IMG/VR virus record: IMGVR_UViG_3300028610_001991
Direction: 5' to 3' (one strand)
From: a virus
Length of the DNA: 64,000 nucleotides
Below the pieces are notes generated by a model. The model saw only the letters and a list, made by a program, of their open reading frames with translations, searched no databases and was not told the origin of the DNA. Below, piece by piece: positions 29,545 through 37,466 of the stretch (its first letter is position 1; each line of letters starts with the position of its first letter). Position numbers and translations under genes: made by a program.

Positions 29545-29800
29545 AAGTTTACCTATTACTGAAAAGCAGAAAGAGTTATTTACAAAGATTTATCAGCTTT
29601 TTTTTAAGTATTGTAGTAAGAAATATGGCAGAGATACTAAGCACATGAGTTATATAAGTGCTTTTTTAAAGATAATAGAGCTAGACGTACTGCTGCTTCT
29701 ATCTGCAGAAAAAGATCCTGATTATTTTATTGAATTAATGCAGCAGTTTGCAGCAAATATAGAAGATAAACTAATAAAATTAGAAAAGGGGTCCGCATGA
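29528..29800 (+). CDS. hypothetical protein
   Basis: Coupled ORF in operon. Confidence 0.6.
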   Translation: MELKFKSLPITEKQKELFTKIYQLFFKYCSKKYGRDTKHMSYISAFLKIIELDVLLLLSAEKDPDYFIELMQQFAANIEDKLIKLEKGSA

Positions 29801-30621
29801 AAGAAATAATTGTAGCTTTAGACTTAGACACACCTGTAGAGGCTATGGAATTAGTAAAGAAATTTCGTGAAGCAAAAGAGGATGTTTGGTTTAAGGTAGG
29901 TAGTGTATTGTTTACACATAAACATGGTCGACAGCTTATTAGTAGAATTAAAGGGGGTGGTTTTAAATTGATGCTTGATCTTAAGTATCACGATATTCCG
30001 AATACAGTTAACAAAGCTTGTAAAAACGCAGCAGAGATAGGCATAAGTGCAGATATGCTTACAGTACATTTGTCCGGCGGACTTGCAATGCTTGAGGCAG
30101 CAATGGAAGGAGTAAGGGCAGGTAAGCGTTATAGTACCAGTAGATTATGTAAGGTATTTGGTATCTCTATATTAACATCTATAGATCAGCGTATTTTAAA
30201 TGAAGAATTAAATATTGATATGGAACTCAGCACGCAGGTTGATACTTTGGTCGGACTAGGAGATAAGGCCGGTATTGACGGAATAGTATGCTCAGCTCAT
30301 GAAACTGAAGATGTGCGAAGAGAACACCCAAAATTGAAAATAATCAATCCGGGTATTAGGGTGAAAGATTGTGGGAATTGTAAATGGCCTGACGCAGGTA
30401 CATGTGATCATTGTGCAGGAGAAAACTTCGGACATACTACTGAAATAGGCGGGACGCATGGCTGGCATTGTGAAAATTGGAAACCTAAGGATGACCAGAA
30501 ACGTATCGCAACACCTAAAGTAGCATTTGATGCTGGCGCTAATTTTATTGTAATGGGTAGGCAGGTTTATCAGAACCCGGACCCTGTTAAATTTATTAAA
30601 GAAGTAAAGAGTAATCTGTAA
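29797..30621 (+). CDS. pyrF: orotidine-5'-phosphate decarboxylase with Cys-rich insertion
   Basis: IVALD, FKVG, DLKYHDIPNT (DxKxxD), PGIR...DQKR, VMGR. Confidence 0.93.
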   Translation: MKEIIVALDLDTPVEAMELVKKFREAKEDVWFKVGSVLFTHKHGRQLISRIKGGGFKLMLDLKYHDIPNTVNKACKNAAEIGISADMLTVHLSGGLAMLEAAMEGVRAGKRYSTSRLCKVFGISILTSIDQRILNEELNIDMELSTQVDTLVGLGDKAGIDGIVCSAHETEDVRREHPKLKIINPGIRVKDCGNCKWPDAGTCDHCAGENFGHTTEIGGTHGWHCENWKPKDDQKRIATPKVAFDAGANFIVMGRQVYQNPDPVKFIKEVKSNL

Positions 30622-30830
30622 TGTATAAAGTAAAAACTGATCTATCTTTATTTGAAAGATCAAAGAGGATACAGAGCGTTACTAGAGTTCTTTCTAGTAT
30701 AGTACAAAACGATATGGAGATATCAGGTAACGACCTTATTGAATTTAATAGGATTGTAGATTCTTTAATAAATGATATACAGCAATACAGAGAAGATGTA
30801 AATAAATATATAAAAGGAGGGAACTTATGA
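30621..30830 (+). CDS. hypothetical protein
   Basis: Coupled ORF between pyrF and pyrE. Confidence 0.55.
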   Translation: MYKVKTDLSLFERSKRIQSVTRVLSSIVQNDMEISGNDLIEFNRIVDSLINDIQQYREDVNKYIKGGNL

Positions 30831-31522
30831 AACAGCAGTCAGGGTATAAGTACAGCTACAGCACTACAACTATTATTGAGTGGTTAATGAAAAATAACAT
30901 TTTGTTATTTAATAAAGAGAATCCGTTTACATTAAAGTCCGGAAAAACTAGCAGCTACTTTTTTAATATGGGTAACATTAATAAGGGAGGGTCTCTTGCA
31001 ATAATGGGTTTAATGTTTCAACAAAAGATTACAGAGATTATTAATCGGCTTGATCAAGATATTGTTGTGTTTGGGTCTGCTTATAAGGGTATACCTATCT
31101 GTACAGTAGTTGCTCAAACTCTTGATACGATGAACATTAAAAGAAATGCTTATTTTTGTTTCGACAGAAAAGAAGAAAAGGACCATGGAGACGGGGGGAA
31201 GTTTGTAGGGAAGGACCCAAAAGGGATGTATGTAATTATTGTAGATGATGTTCTTACTTCCGGAAACTCTTTATTACAGGCTGCAGAGAAGCTTAAGAAA
31301 TGGGGCGGTACTGTTGTTGGTGCATGTGTTGGTATTGATCGTATGGAGCCAGGTGATGTAGATCCTGGCGGAAATCCAATGACTATGAGAGAGGTTATTT
31401 CAAGACAGATGGGTGTTACGATTGCTAGTGTAATTGATGTAGAAACTATAGCGAAAAGCCTTATTGAAGGTAACCAACATGAAGAAGAGTGTTTAGAAAT
31501 GCTTAAAGCTATAGGACGTTAA
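30827..31522 (+). CDS. pyrE: orotate phosphoribosyltransferase
   Basis: FTLKSGKTSSYFFN, AYKGIP, RKEEKDHG, IVDDVLTSG. Confidence 0.93.
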   Translation: MKQQSGYKYSYSTTTIIEWLMKNNILLFNKENPFTLKSGKTSSYFFNMGNINKGGSLAIMGLMFQQKITEIINRLDQDIVVFGSAYKGIPICTVVAQTLDTMNIKRNAYFCFDRKEEKDHGDGGKFVGKDPKGMYVIIVDDVLTSGNSLLQAAEKLKKWGGTVVGACVGIDRMEPGDVDPGGNPMTMREVISRQMGVTIASVIDVETIAKSLIEGNQHEEECLEMLKAIGR

Positions 31523-31525
31523 AGA

Positions 31526-31969
31526 ATGAAAATATATGTAGCTTCTTCCTGGAGAAATGAAAGGTACTCTGCAGTAGTTAAAAGATTAAGAGAGGAAGGC
31601 TTTGAAGCATATGACTTTAAAGAGACTGATGACTTTGGTTGGGGTGGTTTTAGTTGGGGAGATATTGATCCTAAATGGAAAAACTGGACATCAGTAGAAC
31701 TTATTAAAGGACTGCAGCATCCCTTAGCTGAACAAGGATTTAAAAGGGATAAAGAAGCATTAGATGAATGTGATATTTGTATATTAGTTATGCCTTGTGG
31801 TAGAAGTGCTCATCTTGAGTTAGGCTACGCTGTAGGAAAAAATAAGAAGACTATTGTACTTCTAGACAACGGTGAGCCAGAGTTAATGTATAAATTTGTT
31901 GATCTTGTGGCTGATTCTATTGAAGGTGTTATTTTGTGGTGTTATGCACTTAAAGGAGAAGGTAAATGA
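31526..31969 (+). CDS. nucleoside 2-deoxyribosyltransferase-like protein
   Basis: KIYVASS, DKEALD, GRSAHLELGYA. Confidence 0.75.
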   Translation: MKIYVASSWRNERYSAVVKRLREEGFEAYDFKETDDFGWGGFSWGDIDPKWKNWTSVELIKGLQHPLAEQGFKRDKEALDECDICILVMPCGRSAHLELGYAVGKNKKTIVLLDNGEPELMYKFVDLVADSIEGVILWCYALKGEGK

Positions 31970-32316
31970 AAGTTACTACAGTAGATATATGCCCTAGTTG
32001 TGGGTTTCCCTTAGTTTCAACAATGGCCTTTAGATATGCGGAGAAGTACTGCATGAATTGTGGTGGTAATTTTGGCATGACTGATGTACCTTACGTAGAT
32101 ATTACTTCAAAACTAAAACCTTTTATTACTAAGGCAAATAAGCAGTTTGATAAGATATGTAAACATCTTATAGGTGGAGGTATGAGGTTAAGAAGTTGTG
32201 AGAAGTGTAATGAAGGATCAGACCATTTACACCATGCAACTCCGGAAGAAAGTAAGAAATACAATAAGGCTTTAGATAGGCTGGTAGAGTTAAAAGGTTC
32301 GTACGGATGGAGATAA
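31966..32316 (+). CDS. Cys-rich hypothetical protein
   Basis: CPSC, CMNC, C...CEKC. Confidence 0.6.
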   Translation: MKVTTVDICPSCGFPLVSTMAFRYAEKYCMNCGGNFGMTDVPYVDITSKLKPFITKANKQFDKICKHLIGGGMRLRSCEKCNEGSDHLHHATPEESKKYNKALDRLVELKGSYGWR

Positions 32317-32319
32317 TAA

Positions 32320-32511
32320 ATGTTTGACTATTGGTTTTGTTCAGTCTGTGGTAAAAAACGACTTGATAAAGATATTAGTGTAGCTGTTCACGACTATTCT
32401 CCTAGTCATAAATTACCGAACGGAACATTAAAAAGAAATGTTAAATACTGTAATGATAATCTTGACTGTAAAGAAAAAGCAGAAGATATAGCGAAGTGGA
32501 AACTATGGTAA
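32320..32511 (+). CDS. small Cys-rich hypothetical protein
   Basis: CSVC...C...C. Confidence 0.55.
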   Translation: MFDYWFCSVCGKKRLDKDISVAVHDYSPSHKLPNGTLKRNVKYCNDNLDCKEKAEDIAKWKLW

Positions 32512-32783
32512 CTAAACGTCCTTTGATAACAGACGATAATATCGCTACTGCTATGCATGTCTTAAAGCTAACACTGGATACACAACTGAAAAGAAAAGGA
32601 AAACTATGCTGGTTATCTGCACATGAAATGTTAGGTGTTATTACAGAAGAGTACCACGAGTTAATCGATGCAGTAAAAAGTAACCTTGATTTTGATATAA
32701 AGCGAGAATTACTAGATGTTGCTGTAGCTGCTTTATTTGCACTTGCTTGTATAAACAATGGAGTATTAAATAGGGGTAAATAA
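32496..32783 (+). CDS. MazG-like nucleotide pyrophosphohydrolase
   Basis: EEYHEL...RELLDVA acidic helix pattern. Confidence 0.6.
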   Translation: METMVTKRPLITDDNIATAMHVLKLTLDTQLKRKGKLCWLSAHEMLGVITEEYHELIDAVKSNLDFDIKRELLDVAVAALFALACINNGVLNRGK

Positions 32784-34103
32784 ATGTCAAATGAAAAAGA
32801 TATGGTATCCTCACCAGTTACTAAAGAGGAGCAGGCTGATTTAGATAAGGTAGATGTATTGTTTGAGGGTGCAGGGGATGAGGTTGATAAGAGTTTCCCG
32901 AACCAGGAGCCAAAGCCCGTAAAGAAAGCAGAAGATCATTTTATAGTTACAGCGGACTGGCATGTTGGTCTTACTCGATACTCCAGAGATAATAAAAAAG
33001 GTGTACCTGAAAGACATAAAGAATTATTAGAAAGTATAGGTTACATATTTAAGTATGCTTATGATACTAAAGCTTCGTTTGTTGTCATTGCCGGTGATTT
33101 ATTTGATAATAATCATCCTTCACAGTTGTACTATGGTGATTTAATACCTATATTTAAGCAGATATCTGAATGGAAAATACCTGTGTTTATACTATCAGGT
33201 AACCATGATGCTATTAATACAATCCCACAGATGAATGCACTCAGAACCATTTTTAAATCTAAGTTTGATAATATAGAAGTCATAAATGAAATTGAGTTTC
33301 ATTCTGGAGTCTTACCTGGTTATGATTTCCTATTTATACCTCATGTTAATCGTTGTGAGTATTCAGTATTTAATCCGGAAGCTGAGAGAGGGTTAATATC
33401 TGAGAAACTTCAATATCTTAAACTAAACCCTAAGAGAAAGAATCTGGTGTTTGGGCATGCACTTGTGCCGGGAAGTATACAGGGTGCCGAGAGATTAGTT
33501 ATGCGAGGCGGAGAACAGACATTTGATTTGGAAATAAATGCCGAGGCATATTTTTTTGGACATATGCATACACCACAGGAAATGAAATGGAAAGGAAAAC
33601 CGTTATATTATCCCGGTAGTATACAGGCTATAGATATGGGTGAGCGTGAAGATGAAAAGGGTTTTATTGATGCTTCAATAACAAAGGATGGAATCAAGAT
33701 TAAAAGACTTAGTATACCTACTCGAAAATTAGTACAGATAAATATTGATAGTTATGATGATTACTTAGCTCAGTTTGAAACTGAAGGTGTTTCCTTGAGC
33801 AGTGCTTATGGTGATCTTAAAGATAAAATAGTAAAAGTTAAAATAAAAGTACCGACCACTCAGAAATCACAAATAAACGAGAGTAAGATAAAAAAGTTCT
33901 GTAAGAAAGCTTACTGGCTGGACATAGCTTATGATTTACAGAGGGAAACCGCCACTAGAAATGAAAATGTAACTATTGAAGCAGATCCTGATAAAGCATT
34001 AAGCGGCTGGTATGAGTCCAGAAAATATCCTAAAGAAGATTTTGCAGAAATATCAAAACGACATAATGAAATTATGGCTGAAGTAACAGCATTAAAGGAA
34101 TAA
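32784..34103 (+). CDS. SbcD/Mre11-like metallophosphoesterase nuclease
   Basis: ADWH, AGDLFD, GNHD, GH, FGHMH, YPGS. Confidence 0.92.
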   Translation: MSNEKDMVSSPVTKEEQADLDKVDVLFEGAGDEVDKSFPNQEPKPVKKAEDHFIVTADWHVGLTRYSRDNKKGVPERHKELLESIGYIFKYAYDTKASFVVIAGDLFDNNHPSQLYYGDLIPIFKQISEWKIPVFILSGNHDAINTIPQMNALRTIFKSKFDNIEVINEIEFHSGVLPGYDFLFIPHVNRCEYSVFNPEAERGLISEKLQYLKLNPKRKNLVFGHALVPGSIQGAERLVMRGGEQTFDLEINAEAYFFGHMHTPQEMKWKGKPLYYPGSIQAIDMGEREDEKGFIDASITKDGIKIKRLSIPTRKLVQINIDSYDDYLAQFETEGVSLSSAYGDLKDKIVKVKIKVPTTQKSQINESKIKKFCKKAYWLDIAYDLQRETATRNENVTIEADPDKALSGWYESRKYPKEDFAEISKRHNEIMAEVTALKE

Positions 34104-34106
34104 GGT

Positions 34107-34436
34107 ATGGGTTTCTTTAAGAAAATATATAAGACGGCTGAAACTTATTGGTTGAAAGAAAAGGTCGAGAATTTAGAGAAGCGGATTAAAAAGCTACAGG
34201 AAGATATACTTACGATAACCAAATTACAAACTATTCTGGCAGACACTTTTACAGCCCATGTAACTAAAACGAGTGTAGTGATGAAGAACTTAGCGGTATT
34301 TATAAATACTTTAAACATAAGACATAAGATAGATCATTTAAAGGCTAAGGATGTAACTGACAGTGTAATTAACTTAGATGAATCCATGAAACATTTAAAT
34401 TCTAAAGTTGATTTTTTTACCGAAAACAAGGAATGA
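34107..34436 (+). CDS. hypothetical coiled-coil protein
   Basis: ORF between sbcD- and sbcC-like genes. Confidence 0.55.
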   Translation: MGFFKKIYKTAETYWLKEKVENLEKRIKKLQEDILTITKLQTILADTFTAHVTKTSVVMKNLAVFINTLNIRHKIDHLKAKDVTDSVINLDESMKHLNSKVDFFTENKE

Positions 34437-34525
34437 GTAAATGAGTAAGGATAAACAGCCTGAATTAGCTATGTACAGGGCTGCTCTTCCAGGTATGAAT
34501 TAAAAGACTATATAAAGAGGTAATA

Positions 34526-36634
34526 ATGGGACAATCGTTTTTGCAAGAAATATATATTAAGAATATGCTGTCTGTTAGAGAAGCTAAGATAGATTTAAGC
34601 AGGTACGGTACTGTAGGTGTTATAGGCGAGATAGATGATGATGCTGAGTTTTCTAACGGTGCCGGTAAGAGTTCTCTGGTTGAATGTTTTTTATTAGCTT
34701 GGTACGGTAAGGGTAGAGTTGATATATTTAACGCTATTAAGGATGATGCTGAGGAGGGTGAGATTCATCTCAAATGGATAGGGGATGAAGGCGGTAAGCA
34801 GATGCCTCTAAAAGTAATAAGAAAAGCAAACAGAAAGACAAGGGAGCATGTCAGAGAGTTATACATAAATGATAGTAAAACACCTTTCGGAGGAGGTAAG
34901 ACAGGAACGGATAAATATATAGAAAATGTTTTAGGTTTAGATTTTGATACAGCTATAGCAACTAATTTTTTTATGCAGAGAAAGGATGATGCTTTTACAT
35001 CACTTAAACCAGGCAAGAGAAAAGATTATTTAAAGAAGATTATTAATACCGAGCTGTATGATCTTGCGTATGAGAAAGTTAAACTGACAGTATCGGACTT
35101 AGAAAAAAGATTAGCTGCAGCTAGATTAGAAACGGAAGCATACCAAAAAGAATTAGATGAACTTAGTACTATAAATTTCGAGGATAAAGTAAAAGAAGCT
35201 AAAGCTAATATACAGAAATGTGTAGATGTAATGAAAGAGTACACCATTAAACTTGAAGACAATAAGAATAAGGTTAAGGGTATAGAGGGTGCTGTATTGC
35301 AGCAGGAAGATATGAAAAAAACAGTAGGTGTACTTAGGGACAGGTTAACCAATATAGATAATAGTAAAAAGGAATCTGTGGAAAATAGTGTTAATTTAAG
35401 AAACCAAGCAGCTATTATTGAGAATGCTAAAGTAGAATTAACTAAGTTACCCGATTATAGTTTTGATGAAGAAAAATTCAATGGGTTAGCTATAGAAGGT
35501 ACCAAACTCAATAAAGATAAAGGTGTGTATGAAGGTAAAATAAAGATATACGAAGAAATAACTAAGGAAATGCAAGGGTTAGCTGAAAATTGTGCTTTAT
35601 GCCGACAAAAGATAACTCAAAAGCATACAGAGGCTATAATTAAAGAGCAGAAAGTTTTAATCGACGATAATAACATTAAGATCAAGGAGATTGAAAGTTC
35701 TTTAACTAAATTACGAGAAGAGTACACAAAGCTGAACGCTATTAAAATAAAAAAGGATATGGTTAATAATCAAAAATTAAAACTTGAAGGTATAGTTAAA
35801 AACGAAGACAATAATACAAGCATGCTTAACTTACTAAAGGAAACCATAAGTAAACTTGATGAAGAAAGAAAAGGGGTAGAGTTACAGTATAATTCCGGAT
35901 TAGAATCAATAAAGAACTCTCCTCAGATTGATGAAGCTTTTTTAAATAAAATGCAAAGGGAGTGTGAGGCCCTGGCTAAAGATATAGAAAAAACAAAAGA
36001 TATCCAGAATCAATACTATAGCTACGTAGGCTCCCTGGAGACAAAACAAGCCCGAATACCTGAACTTGATGATAAAATAAAAAAGATCGAGGATAGTACC
36101 AAAGATGATGCTTATAACGTGAGGGTGTATAAGATTTTAATGGAGGCTTATTCTAAAAACGGTATTCCTGCTTTGATAGTAGACAACATGTTTCCTATTA
36201 TTGAAGAAACTGCTAATTATATTTTATCTCAGTTTGATAATAAGCGTGTGATTGAGTTTAGTAGTTTAAAAGAGAAAGTAGGCGGAGGCTCATCGGAGAG
36301 TTTAGATATCTGGATACATAATTTAGTCAAAGATACTAAGAGGTTGTATGAAACGTATTCAGGAGGAGAATCAACCGGTATTAACCTATCCCTGCGAAAA
36401 GCATTAAGCGATCTTCTAGCTAAAAGGAAGTATAAAAGGTTACCGTTCTTAGTACTTGATGAGGTATTTGCGGCATTGGATCGTAGGCATAGGAACTTTG
36501 TCATTCAGATAATTAATTTATTAGAAAAAGATTTCAGTCAGATATTTATAATATCGCATACAGAGCTGCAATCAGCTTTCCCACAGATAATAAAGGCTGT
36601 AAAAAAGGACGAGGATACGGTGTATGTCCAGTGA
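34526..36634 (+). CDS. SbcC/Rad50-like ATPase
   Basis: NGAGKSS, Q-loop, coiled coil with CALC hook, YSGGE, LVLDE, ISH. Confidence 0.92.
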   Translation: MGQSFLQEIYIKNMLSVREAKIDLSRYGTVGVIGEIDDDAEFSNGAGKSSLVECFLLAWYGKGRVDIFNAIKDDAEEGEIHLKWIGDEGGKQMPLKVIRKANRKTREHVRELYINDSKTPFGGGKTGTDKYIENVLGLDFDTAIATNFFMQRKDDAFTSLKPGKRKDYLKKIINTELYDLAYEKVKLTVSDLEKRLAAARLETEAYQKELDELSTINFEDKVKEAKANIQKCVDVMKEYTIKLEDNKNKVKGIEGAVLQQEDMKKTVGVLRDRLTNIDNSKKESVENSVNLRNQAAIIENAKVELTKLPDYSFDEEKFNGLAIEGTKLNKDKGVYEGKIKIYEEITKEMQGLAENCALCRQKITQKHTEAIIKEQKVLIDDNNIKIKEIESSLTKLREEYTKLNAIKIKKDMVNNQKLKLEGIVKNEDNNTSMLNLLKETISKLDEERKGVELQYNSGLESIKNSPQIDEAFLNKMQRECEALAKDIEKTKDIQNQYYSYVGSLETKQARIPELDDKIKKIEDSTKDDAYNVRVYKILMEAYSKNGIPALIVDNMFPIIEETANYILSQFDNKRVIEFSSLKEKVGGGSSESLDIWIHNLVKDTKRLYETYSGGESTGINLSLRKALSDLLAKRKYKRLPFLVLDEVFAALDRRHRNFVIQIINLLEKDFSQIFIISHTELQSAFPQIIKAVKKDEDTVYVQ

Positions 36635-36824
36635 TGAGGAAGAAAAAGAGATTAAAAGATTAACAGAGGAAGCCCGGCGGTATATTATTATGAGATATGT
36701 GGTAGACAGGAAACAAATTCCTGATGTATTTACTTGTGATAGCTGTGGGGAAGCACACATCTGTAGTAATGCTTTTGATTTAGAAAATGTTAACGATCGG
36801 TGTATCGTAGAGGAGGGTAGGTGA
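36624..36824 (+). CDS. small Cys-rich hypothetical protein
   Basis: CDSC...C...C. Confidence 0.5.
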   Translation: MSSDEEEKEIKRLTEEARRYIIMRYVVDRKQIPDVFTCDSCGEAHICSNAFDLENVNDRCIVEEGR

Positions 36825-37288
36825 AAACACATAAACAAATAATTAAGCAAGCACGTGCTCTTAATGCAGAGGGTTCTATATGTGGGATACCCTTTGAAAA
36901 ATCGAGCGGCACTATATCCTCTTTGCCTACTAAAGGGCAGGTATGTCTTAATTGTAAGAAACAACAATCAGTATGTACCTGTGCTAAGGAGGGTAAAGGC
37001 GCTAAATTTAGTGAGGGTAAGTTAAGATACGATTTATTACCGGATAGAGAAATACAAGAAATTGTGCAGGTATTAACAGATGGCGCTAAACGTTACGCAC
37101 CTAATAACTGGAAACAAGTTTCTGATCCCATTAATGTATACTATGCTGCATTAGAACGACATATTAAAGCGTGGAGGTTAGGTATATTAAAAGATTCTGA
37201 TTCTGGTAGAACACATTTATCTCACGCAGGGTGCTGTTTACTATTTTTAATGTGGTTTAATAATGAAAATGAGCTTAGTACTAAATAG
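36821..37288 (+). CDS. dATP/dGTP diphosphohydrolase (DUF5664-like) with N-terminal Cys-rich extension
   Basis: GKLRYDLLP, GAKRYAPNNW, AALERH, SGRTHLSHA. Confidence 0.85.
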   Translation: MKTHKQIIKQARALNAEGSICGIPFEKSSGTISSLPTKGQVCLNCKKQQSVCTCAKEGKGAKFSEGKLRYDLLPDREIQEIVQVLTDGAKRYAPNNWKQVSDPINVYYAALERHIKAWRLGILKDSDSGRTHLSHAGCCLLFLMWFNNENELSTK

Positions 37289-37326
37289 TATGGCTTTAAT
37301 TAATTTGGATGATCTGGAGAAATAAT

Positions 37327-37464
37327 ATGCCAAAAATAACAGAAGTAAATATAATGTTTCCTACTGAGTAAGATGTACACAGAAAGAGACGCGTAGGGGT
37401 ATCTGTGAAATTTTCCTGTAGGGATAAGTGGGAGTTAGCAAAATACATATTAGAAAAGGAATAA
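37327..37464 (+). pseudogene. small ORF interrupted by an in-frame TAA (37369-37371)
   Basis: MPKITEVNIMFPTE*DVHRK...ILEKE*, abutting the thyX RBS. Confidence 0.4.
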
Positions 37465-37466
37465 TC

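Noticed and set aside
34441-34503. 20-codon ORF MSKDKQPELAMYRAALPGMN between sbcD-region genes
   Set aside because: Too short, arises next to a small ATGAGTAA duplication, and has no evidence of function.
36821-37288. Z-genome (2-aminoadenine) pathway
   Set aside because: DUF5664 and MazG-like genes are present but no purZ in this window; not supportable here.
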